DNA of 64,000 nucleotides from Thermoplasmata archaeon (GCA_035502455.1 DATJUI010000011.1:15951-79950); one strand, 5' to 3'; counted from the stretch's first letter, positions 29,727 to 39,339 are shown. A program made the numbers and translations. Notes: generated by a model from the letters alone, not told the origin.

Positions 29727-30695
29727 ATGCGCAGCGCTCGGTGGCTGGGCCTCCTCGCCCTCTACGTGGGCGCCCAGGCGGTCGGGCTCGCGCTCGCCGA
29801 CCCGTTCCGGTCGGCCGGGCTCGCCTCGACCTCGAACGCCCAGAGCGTCGCGGCGCCGCTCGAGATCATCGTCCTGATCGTCGCCGCCCCGCTCGCGATC
29901 CTGTTCGTCGCCCGGCGGCGCGGCGGGCTCGTCGCGATCCGCCAGCTGATCCTGCTCGCCATCGCGGGGGCGCTCTACTTCACGCTGTTCGCCACGTTCT
30001 CGCTCGTGCTGCCGCCGCCGTACCTGCCGCCCCCGTACGGCGCGGAGCTCGTGCTCTATCCCGCGCTCGTCGCCGCCGGCACGCTCAGCGCGGCCCTCTA
30101 CCTCGCGCTCCTGATGGAGCCGCAGTGGTACATCGTCGACCTCGTCGGCTTCCTGGCCGCCGGCAGCCTGATCGCGATCCTCGGGATCTCGTTCGCGATC
30201 CTGCCCGCGTTCATCCTGCTCGGCGCGCTGCTCGTCTACGACGCGATCGCGGTGTACGGGACGAAGCACATGGTGTCGCTCGCCGAGGTCGTGACCGACA
30301 TGAAGCTCCCGATCCTGATGGTGATGCCCGACTCCGCGGGGTACGACTACACGGCTGCCCCGTCGCTCGCCGTGCAGCGGACCCAGCCCACGGAGGAGCG
30401 GGCCGCCATGTTCATGGGGCTCGGGGACGTCGTGATCCCGGGGACGCTCGTCGCGTCGGCCCTCGTCTGGCTCCCGAGCAGCCCGCACGTCCTCGGGCTC
30501 GGGGCGAACCTCGTGCTCGCGCTCGCGACGCTCGTGGGGTCGCTCGTCGGGTACGGGGTGCTGATGGGGCTCGTCCTCCGCGGCAACCCGCAGGCGGGCC
30601 TCCCGCTCCTCAACGGGGGCGCGATGGTCGGCTACGTGATCGCGTACGTGCTCGTCTTCCGGTCGTACGGCTTCGGCTTCTCCGGGGCGCTTTAA
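29727..30695 (+). CDS. Presenilin-like GxGD intramembrane aspartyl protease
   Basis: YDAIAVYGTKHM, MGLGD, PQAGLPLLN. Confidence 0.92.
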   Translation: MRSARWLGLLALYVGAQAVGLALADPFRSAGLASTSNAQSVAAPLEIIVLIVAAPLAILFVARRRGGLVAIRQLILLAIAGALYFTLFATFSLVLPPPYLPPPYGAELVLYPALVAAGTLSAALYLALLMEPQWYIVDLVGFLAAGSLIAILGISFAILPAFILLGALLVYDAIAVYGTKHMVSLAEVVTDMKLPILMVMPDSAGYDYTAAPSLAVQRTQPTEERAAMFMGLGDVVIPGTLVASALVWLPSSPHVLGLGANLVLALATLVGSLVGYGVLMGLVLRGNPQAGLPLLNGGAMVGYVIAYVLVFRSYGFGFSGAL

Positions 30696-30717
30696 CCCGG
30701 CGCGCCTCCCCGGCGAC

Positions 30718-31683
30718 GTGCCGCGGAAGGTCGAGGACGTCCGGGTCGACGACCGCCCGTCGCTCGACACGCTGTTCCGCCGGCTGGAAGCCGGCGGCGG
30801 CTTCAGCGCGAAGGGGGTCGCGGACGGGGTCGACCTCCTCGCCCGGATCCTGAAGGACCGGGAGATGACGACGTTCCTGTCGTTCCCCGCGGACCTCGTG
30901 GCGACCGGCACGCGGGGCGTGCTCGCGGGCCTCGTGCGGGGCGGGTTCGTCGACGCGATCGTCACGACCTGCGGGACGTGGGACCACGACCTCGCGCGCG
31001 CCTTTCGGCCGTACTACCACGGCGCGTGGGACCTCGACGACGTCGACCTTCACCGCCGCCGGCTCTACCGGCTCGGGAACGTCGTGATCCCGCAGGCGAA
31101 CTACGGCGGGATCGTCGAGCGGAAGATGCGGCCGATCCTGGACCGGCTGTGGCGCGACGGCACGCGGTCGATCTCGAGCGCGCTCCTGTCGCGCGCGATC
31201 GGCGCCGCAATCCCCGCGACCGACCGCACGAGCATCCTGCGCGCGGCGTACGAGCGCCGCGTGCCGGTGTTCGTCCCCGGGTTCACCGACGGCGCCGTCG
31301 GCTCGCAGGTCTGGCTGTTCTGGCAGGACCACCGCGCCCTCACGCTCGATCTGCTCGCCGACGAGCAGGCGCTCAGCGACCTCGTCTTCGAGGCGAAGCG
31401 CGCGGGCGCGATCCTCCTCGGGGGCGGCATCTCGAAGCACCACACGATCTGGTGGAACCAGTTCCGCGACGGGCTCGACGCCGCGCTGTTCGTCACGACC
31501 GCCGTCGAGTGGGACGGGAGCCTCTCGGGTGCCCGCACGCGCGAGGCGGTCTCGTGGGGCAAGGTGAAGCCGACCGCCCGCCACCTGACCGTGGAGGGCG
31601 ACGTGACGCTGCTCCTCCCGTTGATGGTCGGCGCGGCGCTCGAGCGGCTCCCCCGGCGCCGCGCTTCCCGAGAGCTTATCTAG
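30718..31683 (+). CDS. dys: Deoxyhypusine synthase
   Basis: RLGNV, PGFTDGAVG, LGGGISKHH, DGSLSGARTREAVSWGK (active-site Lys). Confidence 0.95.
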   Translation: MPRKVEDVRVDDRPSLDTLFRRLEAGGGFSAKGVADGVDLLARILKDREMTTFLSFPADLVATGTRGVLAGLVRGGFVDAIVTTCGTWDHDLARAFRPYYHGAWDLDDVDLHRRRLYRLGNVVIPQANYGGIVERKMRPILDRLWRDGTRSISSALLSRAIGAAIPATDRTSILRAAYERRVPVFVPGFTDGAVGSQVWLFWQDHRALTLDLLADEQALSDLVFEAKRAGAILLGGGISKHHTIWWNQFRDGLDAALFVTTAVEWDGSLSGARTREAVSWGKVKPTARHLTVEGDVTLLLPLMVGAALERLPRRRASRELI

Positions 31684-31711
31684 CGCGTCCCGAGTGGCCC
31701 GACCCGTCCGT

Positions 31712-31785
31712 GGGCCCGTAGCTTAGCCCGGTAGAGCAGGCGGCTCTTAACCGCAAGATCAGGGGTTCGAATCCCCTCGGGCCCG
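31712..31785 (+). tRNA. tRNA-Lys (anticodon CTT), no intron, CCA not encoded
   Basis: Acceptor GGGCCCG/CGGGCCC, D arm, anticodon loop CTCTTAA, T arm AGGGG-TTCGAAT-CCCCT. Confidence 0.95.
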
Positions 31786-32124
31786 TCGATTCTACCACGT
31801 GCGCCTCCACCGATCCGTCGATCCACTCGCGAAAGAGCGCGAGACCGGTCGCGAAGGAGGAACGGGCGGGCGGGTCGCGCCCCTCCGGGCCGCGACCGGA
31901 ACCACGACTCGACGTTCGGGTCGGCGCCCGCGACGGGTGGCATGCGGGAGGCGAACGCCCCACCCCCCGAAGGCCCCGGCTCTCGCTGCGGAGCTCCGCG
32001 GCGCCCGCCGCTCCTCGAGTGCAGGCCAGGCTTGGACCGAGGGCACGGATCCGGCCGTTCCGGGTCGCACGGCGCGCGGGCCCGACCGGGGCGGTCGAGC
32101 GGCGGAATCGCTTCCGCCGCGTAC

Positions 32125-32625
32125 TCACGCGGGGCCGGCAGGAGGGGATCCCCGTCGTGCGAGGTCCTCCCGAAGCGAGCGGCAGAGGGCCGCGATCTGG
32201 ACCCGGTCTCCTCGAGGCGCTTCGGGCCACTCGGCGAACTTGAGGCGCCAGTACGGCTCGGGCAAGGATGCGTAGCGGGAGCCGAGCACCAGGTGCACGT
32301 GGCGAGGACCCTCGTTGAACCCAAAACAGTACGTCCACGGAGCCCCCGTTCTCGATTCGAGGACCTGGCTCAGCGAGGCGAGCAGCGTTCCGAGCCCATC
32401 CGCCTCGCCCGCGTTCAGCTGGCCCAGGCTCGGTACGTGCCGCTTCGTCTGAACGTGGAGCAGGCCGAGCGCTTTCGTGCCGTCCTCCCCCAGCTGATGC
32501 GAGGCGAGGAACGCGTCGCTCTCGAAGACCACCAGGTCGCGGAACGTATCGACCGTCCGGACGCGCTGACAGAAGACGCAGGCCGCTTCCGACGCCGGCA
32601 GCGGCTCCGTGGAGAGCGAGGGCAT
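32125..32625 (-). CDS. HIT-family protein (degenerate triad)
   Basis: CVFC, VVFESD, KRHV..L, HVHLVL. Confidence 0.75.
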   Translation of the reverse strand: MPSLSTEPLPASEAACVFCQRVRTVDTFRDLVVFESDAFLASHQLGEDGTKALGLLHVQTKRHVPSLGQLNAGEADGLGTLLASLSQVLESRTGAPWTYCFGFNEGPRHVHLVLGSRYASLPEPYWRLKFAEWPEAPRGDRVQIAALCRSLREDLARRGSPPAGPA

Positions 32626-33109
32626 GGTTCCGTTCCTCGGGGAATCGATGCGCTCGGTCGACCATCATCTTTGGACCGCCCGCGGGCGGTCGAACCTTCC
32701 GCGGCGGTCCGTCGGCCCATCGCGGGCCCGACCGGCTTCGAAACGCGGGTCCATCGACTCGGGCTGCCGCGGTGGCCCGGCCCGACTGCGCTCCGGGCGC
32801 TGAGGAGGGGGATCGGATCGACGAGCGAACCGAGGAGCGGACATCCCGGCGACCGCTCCGACCCGAGGAGGACGAACGCCTCGGCGTCGCTCCCCGAAGG
32901 CCTCCTCCCCGGTGGGCTCGGTCGCTCCGCGGCGGTCTTCCTCTCGGCGATGCGGTTCGACACTTTCCCGGAGCGTGCGCGCCGCCGCGCCGGACCCGGC
33001 GTGGGCGCCGTCCGACCGGCTCCGCCGACGCCCGGCCGCGCGCGGGACGCGTCGCGACCGGTGGGCGACGGGGATACGTAGCGGCCCGAGGTGACGGAGG
33101 GACGGGTCC

Positions 33110-33814
33110 ATGCGTCCCCGGACGGTCTTCCTGGACTGGGGCGGCACGCTCGCCCAGCCGCCGCTCGAGTTCCGGGAGCCGTGGACCGTCTGGCGACGAG
33201 TCCTCGCCGCGCACCGGCACCCGGTCGCCGAACCGCGGCTCCGCCGGGCGCTCGATGCGACGACCCGCGAGCTCGGCCCTCGGATCTACGACTACCTCGG
33301 CCGGACGCCCGAGTACTGGCGCGTGCACGACCAGCGCGTGATGGACCTCCTTCGGATCCGGGAGTCGCGCGGTCCGATCGAGGATGGTATCCAGCGCGTG
33401 TTCGACGACCCGTCCCTCGTCGTCCTGTACCCCGAGGCGCGGACCGTGCTCACGGCCCTGCGGGACCGGGGGTACCGGACCGGGATCGTCTCGAACCACC
33501 ACGAGGGGCTGCTTCGGGTGGTGGACCACCACGGCCTGCGTCCGCTCGTCGACACGGTCACGTTCTCCCAGGAGGCGCGGGCCGAGAAGCCGGATCCCCG
33601 GATCTTCGCGCTCGCGCTGCGCCGGGCGGGATGCGCCGCATCCGAGGCGGTCCACGTCGGCGACTCGCTCCGGGCCGACGTCGAAGGGGCCCGCGGCGCG
33701 GGCCTCCGACCGGTCTGGTTGAACCGGTCCCGGTCCGAGGGGTCCCCGGGGTGCCCGACGATCGCCTCCCTCGACGAGCTGCTCCCGCTGCTCGACGCGG
33801 GCGGACCCCCGTAG
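33110..33814 (+). CDS. HAD-IA hydrolase
   Basis: FLDWGGTL, IVSN, EKPDPRIF, HVGDS..ADVEGA. Confidence 0.9.
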   Translation: MRPRTVFLDWGGTLAQPPLEFREPWTVWRRVLAAHRHPVAEPRLRRALDATTRELGPRIYDYLGRTPEYWRVHDQRVMDLLRIRESRGPIEDGIQRVFDDPSLVVLYPEARTVLTALRDRGYRTGIVSNHHEGLLRVVDHHGLRPLVDTVTFSQEARAEKPDPRIFALALRRAGCAASEAVHVGDSLRADVEGARGAGLRPVWLNRSRSEGSPGCPTIASLDELLPLLDAGGPP

Positions 33815-33892
33815 CCCCGCGCTCGGTCCCCGCAGGACCCGCCCTCCCCCGGCCGGGCCAAGCCATTAGTAGCGGGGTCCCAGTCTCCCTCG

Positions 33893-34729
33893 ATGGCCTC
33901 CCCGGAGGTCGCCGAGCTACTGTTCGAGATCGCGTCGCCGGTGCGGCTCGGCATCCTCGAGGCGGTCGCCGAACGGCCGCTCAAGCACGCCGCGATCGCC
34001 CGTCGGCTCGCGATCACCGGCTCGGAGACGACCCGGCACCTCAATCGGCTCTCCGCCAGCGGCCTCGTCACCAAGGACGGGCGCGGCGAGTACTCGCCCA
34101 CGCCCCTCGGGACGGCGCTGCGGGCCGGTCTTCCGTTCCTCGAGTTCGTGCAGGCCCGGCGCGCGTACCTGCGCACCCACTCGGTGGCGGCGCTCGAGCC
34201 CCGGTTCGTCGCGCGGATGGGCGAGCTGCGGGCGGCGACGCTGGTGCAGGGCACGTACCCCGTGGTCGCGGCCCAGGAGAGCGCCCTCCAGGCGGTGCGG
34301 CGCCGGATCTGGGTCGTCAGCGAGCTTCGGTTCGACCGCGCGATCCCGTTGTTCCGCGAGAAGACGCAGCACGGGACCGACGTGCGGGTGGTCCGGTCGC
34401 ACGCGCATCTCGAGGCGGAGAAGCGGGACGACCGGGACGTGCTGCGGAACTTCCCCGTCCGGTCGCTCCCCACCGTTCCCGTGTTCCTCGCGGTCCTGGA
34501 CGACCAGGCCGGGCTGTGCCTTCCGACCGGCGACGGCGCGGGGGACCTCACGTCGATGCTGCTCGTCACCGACCCCGTGGGGTTGCGGTGGGCGGAGGAG
34601 CTGTTCCTCTCCTTCTGGGAGCGGGCAGTGCCGTGGTGGACCCCCGCCGGCCCGGCGCTCGGGTCGCCCCCCGAGCCGGCGCGCCGCGGGAGCGCCCGGT
34701 TCACTCCGCCGCGGGGCCCGCGGCGCTGA
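33893..34729 (+). CDS. ArsR-like winged-helix transcriptional regulator with archaeal C-terminal (DUF1724-like) domain
   Basis: LFEIASPVRL.IL...ETTRHLNRL...GLV.K...Y..TPLG; C-terminal DP..LRWAEELF..W. Confidence 0.8.
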   Translation: MASPEVAELLFEIASPVRLGILEAVAERPLKHAAIARRLAITGSETTRHLNRLSASGLVTKDGRGEYSPTPLGTALRAGLPFLEFVQARRAYLRTHSVAALEPRFVARMGELRAATLVQGTYPVVAAQESALQAVRRRIWVVSELRFDRAIPLFREKTQHGTDVRVVRSHAHLEAEKRDDRDVLRNFPVRSLPTVPVFLAVLDDQAGLCLPTGDGAGDLTSMLLVTDPVGLRWAEELFLSFWERAVPWWTPAGPALGSPPEPARRGSARFTPPRGPRR

Positions 34730-35837
34730 CCGAGTGGATCCCGGGGAACTGGAACGGCACGAGCTGCCAGCGCTTGCCCGCGTCCGGGCTCACGAACAGC
34801 TGACCGGTGGTCGTGCCGACGTAGATGCCGGCCGGGTCGAGCCGATCGGTCGCGATCCCCTCGCGCTGCACCCCGAAGTGCCCGGGGAAGGCAGTCGGCG
34901 AGACGAGCGTGCGCCAGCGCTTCGTTCGATCGTTCCACTCGTGGACCTGGAAGTGACCCTCGCCGGTGACCCGCGCCATGCCGTCGAGCCGGACGAAGTA
35001 CGCCCGGCCGGGGGCACTGGGCGGGGACGCGACGCAGAAGCCGAAATCGTCGCCGAGAGGCTTGCCGATCCGCGTCCACTTCTCCATGCGGTCGTGGGAG
35101 ACGTACATCCCGCCGTGGTCCTGGCGGTAGAACGTGTCGGGATCGGCCCCGTCGGCGGCCACGTGGTGGACGCACTGGCCGGTCTCGGGGTGCTTGTTCG
35201 GGAGGAACGGCGCGAGGACGCCCTTGTTGGTCGGCTTCCACGATCGGCCCCCGTCGTCCGAGCGGAAGGTCCCGACCGCCGACATGCCGATGTAGAGGCG
35301 CCGGGGGTCCCGCGGATCGAGCAGGATCGTGTGGAGGCAGGCTCCACCGGCGCCCGGACCCCACTCCTTGCGCGCCGGGTTCTGGTTGACCCAGTCGATC
35401 GCCTCCCAGCTCGCCCCCCGGTCGGGGCTGCGGAACAACAGGTGCGGGTCGGCTCCGAGGTAGACCGTCTCGGGCTCCGACGCGCGGCCGGGTTCGATGT
35501 GCCAGAGGTTGTTGAGCGGCCGGGGCACGGCGGTCGTCGGGTCGGCGTCGTTGAACATCCCTTCCCGGTCCTTGCGCGGCGGGGTGAGGGGCGTCATCAT
35601 CTCTTTCCAGCTCTTGCCCCAGTTCTGCGACCGCTGGACCTGCGGGCCCCAGAAGGCGCTGTTGACGGCCGCGTAGAGGTCGCCGGGATGGCGCGGGTCC
35701 GCCACCACGTGGTAGATCTCGTAGCCCTCGTGCGCGACCGGCCCGACCTTCCACTTTCGGCGGGCCGTGTCGCCCGTCACGATGTACGTCCCCTTGCGCG
35801 TGCCCACCAAGATCCGGACCGTTCGGTCGCTCGCCAT
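34701..35837 (-). CDS. BNR/Asp-box beta-propeller protein (sialidase/photosystem II YCF48-like fold)
   Basis: LVGTRKG N-terminus; repeated S.D.G.SW Asp boxes; GQCVHH, YRQDHGG; ATG 35837 with SD. Confidence 0.85.
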   Translation of the reverse strand: MASDRTVRILVGTRKGTYIVTGDTARRKWKVGPVAHEGYEIYHVVADPRHPGDLYAAVNSAFWGPQVQRSQNWGKSWKEMMTPLTPPRKDREGMFNDADPTTAVPRPLNNLWHIEPGRASEPETVYLGADPHLLFRSPDRGASWEAIDWVNQNPARKEWGPGAGGACLHTILLDPRDPRRLYIGMSAVGTFRSDDGGRSWKPTNKGVLAPFLPNKHPETGQCVHHVAADGADPDTFYRQDHGGMYVSHDRMEKWTRIGKPLGDDFGFCVASPPSAPGRAYFVRLDGMARVTGEGHFQVHEWNDRTKRWRTLVSPTAFPGHFGVQREGIATDRLDPAGIYVGTTTGQLFVSPDAGKRWQLVPFQFPGIHSVSAAGPAAE

Positions 35838-35850
35838 CTTTCGTTCCCTC

Positions 35851-36120
35851 CTAGCCACCTGCAATCGAGTGGAGGATATCGATGTTCTGGGCGCCGGTGA
35901 GGGGCGTTGCAACGCCCGTGGAGGCGCTCACGTCCACCCCGTCCACGAAGACCCGGACATACCGACGCAGCTCGCCCCGCTCGTCGCGGATCTTGAACCG
36001 CAACCGCGGATAGCGTCGCTCGAGTTCGTCGAGGAGGAGGGCGACCGACGCGGCCTCGATCTCCTCGTTGCCGCGGGGCCCGAACTCCCGCAGCCAGCTG
36101 TCGAGGTGGACCTTCAGCAT
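35851..36120 (-). CDS. MoaD/ThiS/SAMP-like ubiquitin-fold protein
   Basis: 89 aa, YPRL..KI.DE.G.LRRYV.VFVDG, C-terminal IAGG. Confidence 0.9.
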   Translation of the reverse strand: MLKVHLDSWLREFGPRGNEEIEAASVALLLDELERRYPRLRFKIRDERGELRRYVRVFVDGVDVSASTGVATPLTGAQNIDILHSIAGG

Positions 36121-36291
36121 CGCCGGTTCCGGGGCCGCCGCTAGCAAGGCATCGGACCCCCATTACCGACGCGGGGGGGGCGGCGGGGCCCGCGGCCGAG
36201 CGGCGTCACGGTCTCCCCAGCCGGGCCGCCCCGCATCAAGGTACCGTAGGCTGCCTCCGAAGCCGTTCGGTTCGGGCCGAATGTCCCGGGC

Positions 36292-39282
36292 TCAGGGAGG
36301 CGGCGGGGGAGGGGGTGGGGGCGGCGGAGGCGGAGGGGGCGGAGGCGGCGGCGGGGGCGCGGCCCCCGGCGAGGCCCCGCCGGACCGCTTCGGCGTGCGG
36401 ATCCACTTCATCATGACCAGGACGGCGGCGACCACGCCGATCGCCAAGATGAGGAGGGCGAGGTACAGCACGGGAAAGCTCGGCGACGATCCGCCCGCGG
36501 AGGTCGTGATCGTGACGTTCGTCGACCCCCGGACCGAAACGCCGTTGAGGGTCGCCTCGACCACGACGTGCGTGACCCCGGTCTGGGGACCGGCCGCGAA
36601 CGTCACCGCCGGTCCGGTCGCCGTGTTGAGCAGCCCGAGCGTGTTGTTCGTGCCCCACGCGTACGCGGTGCCGGTCGGACAGATCCCGTTCCCGCCCGTG
36701 CAGGTGATCTGGGCGCTCAACGAGACGCTGGCGTTCGGCTGGACCGACGGGTTCGAGGGGGAGATGACGACGGAGACCAGGACGGCGCTCGGCGTGGTGG
36801 TGACGGTGATCCCCGACCACCCGACGGCCGGCGTGCCGTCGACGGTGACGCGGACCGTGAGGTTCACGGCGCCGGCCGTCGACCCGGCGGTGAACAGCAC
36901 GGTGGGATAGTCGGTGGCGTTGAGCGTCCCGAGCGAGTTGTTGAGCGACCAGCGGTACGTCTCCCCCGTCGGGCACGCGCCCCCCGAGCACGTGACCTCG
37001 GCGGCGAAGCTGCCGGCCGAACTCTCGCCGATCGACGCGGACGGCGGCGACACCGTCACCGACGGGGAGACCGCGCCGCTGAGGTCGATCACACTGATCG
37101 TCCCCGAGACGAGGTTCGCGACGTAGACGGTGCCGCCGGTGGCGTTGAGCGCGATCCCGTACGGACCCTCGCCGACCGGAAGGTCCACGACGAAGCTGTT
37201 GGTCGTCGTGTTGACGACCGCCACGTCGTCGGCCAGGGGATCGGCCCCGTAGATCGACCGGTCGGCCGGGTCGAACACCAACTGGACGCCCGCGCCGCCC
37301 GAGATGTTCTCGACCACCGTGTCCGTCGTCGGGTCGATCTCCTGGAGGATCGGACCGAAGTCGGTGTCCCCCGAGGTGTACCCGTCGCCCGAAGCGTAGA
37401 TCTCGTGGTTCGCGGGGTCGTAAACGACCGCCTCGTTGACCCCTTCGGAGACGTTCCCGAGCACGTGCCCCGTCGTCGCGTTGATCACGGTGAGGTTCGA
37501 GCCCCCGGTGTAGGCGTACGACTCGTTGAGCGTGCTGACGTAGAGGTTGCCGTTGGCCGGGTCGACCGCGAGCGCGCTCGGGACGATGGTCGGCCCGATG
37601 TCGAACGTCTGAACGACCGTGTTCGCCGGCCCGATCCCGACGATGACCGGCGAGCCCGTGGTGACGTACATCTCCCGGTTGCCGGGATCGTACGCCCAGT
37701 CCGCGCCGAACGGTCCCAGCTCGTAGGGGAACGTGGAGATCTCCTTCACGAACGCGCCCGTGGTCCCGTTGAACACCGCGGCCCCGCTGCAGCCGGAGCC
37801 GCTCTCGTCCTCGAGGACGTCCCCGGTCGCGGGATCGTACACGACGGTCTCACCGGTGGACGGTCCCGCGCAACCGCCGCCGGCGTTGGTCGTGTCGACA
37901 CCGAGGTAGTAGTCGTTGAGGCCGACCAGGGTATCGTTGAGCGGGTCGAACTCGACCGCGTAGAGGACGCCCGTGCCGCGGGTGGGGCCGGTCCCGTGGG
38001 GCGCGGTCCACGTCGCGGACGGGTCGAAGGAGATCCCTCCGGCCACGACCCAGAGCGGGACGTTGGCGACGACCCGGTCGGTTCGCGTGGAGAGGACGCT
38101 GAGGTTCGCGGGGGCCTCGTTCGCGACGTACACATCGCCGTTCCCGCCGTCGACCGTGACGCCGAACGGACCGAGACCGACCTCGACGTTGGTGACGATC
38201 GCCGCGGTCGACGCGTTGACGACCGTGATGTTGTCGTCTCCCGGGAGCGCCGCGTTGGTGACGTACGCCCGCTCGTTGGCGGGGTCGCACGCGATCGCCA
38301 CGAGGTCGGGGAGGACCAGCGGGGAGGCGATCGTCACGTTCGTGACGAAGGCGCCGGTCGCGCCGGCGAACACCGAGACGTTGCCCGTCTCCGCGTCGGC
38401 CACGAGCACGTGCCCCGACGTCGGGTCGAAGCAGACGCTGTCCGGATCGGCCGGGAACGGCGAGGAGCCGAGGTCGTAGCTCCCGATCCGCGCGCCTGCG
38501 TCCGAGAGGATCGAGACGTTGTCGCTGCCCGCGTTCGCCACGAAGACGTTCCCGTTCGACGTATCGACGGCAAGCGCGGTCGGGCCCTGCCCGACGCTGG
38601 TGTTCCCCAGGTACGCGTCGGTCGTCGCGTCGAGGACGGTCACTTCGTTGCCGGTCCCTTCGGTGACGAACAGGTCGTGGCCGAGCGCGTCGTACGCGAT
38701 GGCGTTCGGCGTCGGCAGGAGGCCCCCGGATCCGATCTGCGCGACGTCCGTGTGCGTCGCGGGATCCCACTCGGTCACGGTGTCGCTGCCGGCATTCGCG
38801 ATGTACAGGTTCCCGTTCGCACCGTCGAGCGCGACGGCGGTGGGCTCCACGGCCGTCTGTACATCGCCCACCAGGGCGTTCGTGGCGCTGTCGATGATCG
38901 AGAGGTTGTCGGAGCCGGCGTCCGGCAGATAGAGATCGCCGGTGGCGGGGTCGTAGACCCCCGAGCCGGTCTCGGACGCGGGGTTCGCGAGGAAGTTGCC
39001 GGGCACCTGCGTATCGTTCGCGAGCACCAGCGTCTGATTGACGAAGCCGGGGCCGACCGTGGCCCCGGGCGCGGTTGCGGCCGGCGGGCCGATCGGGGAC
39101 CCCGCCCCGGTCCCCGGTGCCGCCGGGGCCGACGGCACGGCGCTCGTCGCAGCCCCGGCAACGAGCCCGAGAGCGCTCGCGACGGTCAGCACCGCCACGA
39201 CCGCGACCGAGAGCCCTCGGAGGCCGAAGCCGACCGCGCGTCCCCGTCCGACCCGGAGCCGGGTCTCCCGCTGCGCGCCCAT
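36292..39282 (-). CDS. Secreted, membrane-anchored YVTN/YncE beta-propeller surface glycoprotein with two Ig-like repeats and poly-Pro tail
   Basis: N-terminal hydrophobic signal; many YDP.NG..YVAN..S..VSVI blades; many N-x-S/T sequons; C-terminal TM helix followed by 21 Pro. Confidence 0.88.
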   Translation of the reverse strand: MGAQRETRLRVGRGRAVGFGLRGLSVAVVAVLTVASALGLVAGAATSAVPSAPAAPGTGAGSPIGPPAATAPGATVGPGFVNQTLVLANDTQVPGNFLANPASETGSGVYDPATGDLYLPDAGSDNLSIIDSATNALVGDVQTAVEPTAVALDGANGNLYIANAGSDTVTEWDPATHTDVAQIGSGGLLPTPNAIAYDALGHDLFVTEGTGNEVTVLDATTDAYLGNTSVGQGPTALAVDTSNGNVFVANAGSDNVSILSDAGARIGSYDLGSSPFPADPDSVCFDPTSGHVLVADAETGNVSVFAGATGAFVTNVTIASPLVLPDLVAIACDPANERAYVTNAALPGDDNITVVNASTAAIVTNVEVGLGPFGVTVDGGNGDVYVANEAPANLSVLSTRTDRVVANVPLWVVAGGISFDPSATWTAPHGTGPTRGTGVLYAVEFDPLNDTLVGLNDYYLGVDTTNAGGGCAGPSTGETVVYDPATGDVLEDESGSGCSGAAVFNGTTGAFVKEISTFPYELGPFGADWAYDPGNREMYVTTGSPVIVGIGPANTVVQTFDIGPTIVPSALAVDPANGNLYVSTLNESYAYTGGSNLTVINATTGHVLGNVSEGVNEAVVYDPANHEIYASGDGYTSGDTDFGPILQEIDPTTDTVVENISGGAGVQLVFDPADRSIYGADPLADDVAVVNTTTNSFVVDLPVGEGPYGIALNATGGTVYVANLVSGTISVIDLSGAVSPSVTVSPPSASIGESSAGSFAAEVTCSGGACPTGETYRWSLNNSLGTLNATDYPTVLFTAGSTAGAVNLTVRVTVDGTPAVGWSGITVTTTPSAVLVSVVISPSNPSVQPNASVSLSAQITCTGGNGICPTGTAYAWGTNNTLGLLNTATGPAVTFAAGPQTGVTHVVVEATLNGVSVRGSTNVTITTSAGGSSPSFPVLYLALLILAIGVVAAVLVMMKWIRTPKRSGGASPGAAPPPPPPPPPPPPPPPPPPPPP
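36295..36357 (-). repeat. Polyproline-coding tract (21 CCN codons)
   Basis: 21 consecutive Pro codons using CCC, CCG, CCT and CCA, directly before the stop. Confidence 0.9.
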
Positions 39283-39318
39283 CGGCGACGTGCGGAAAGG
39301 TAACGAACATAAGCCCCG

Positions 39319-39339
39319 CGCCCGTATTCGCCCGTATTC
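39319..39339. promoter_or_regulatory. Tandem 10-bp direct repeat, candidate operator
   Basis: CGCCCGTATT-CGCCCGTATT-C in the divergent intergenic region next to a minus-strand CTTATG TATA-like box. Confidence 0.45.

Noticed and set aside
36295..36357. G-rich tract as microsatellite, G-quadruplex element or assembly artefact
   Set aside because: Strict NGG triplet periodicity with mixed third positions is fully explained by poly-Pro coding on the minus strand
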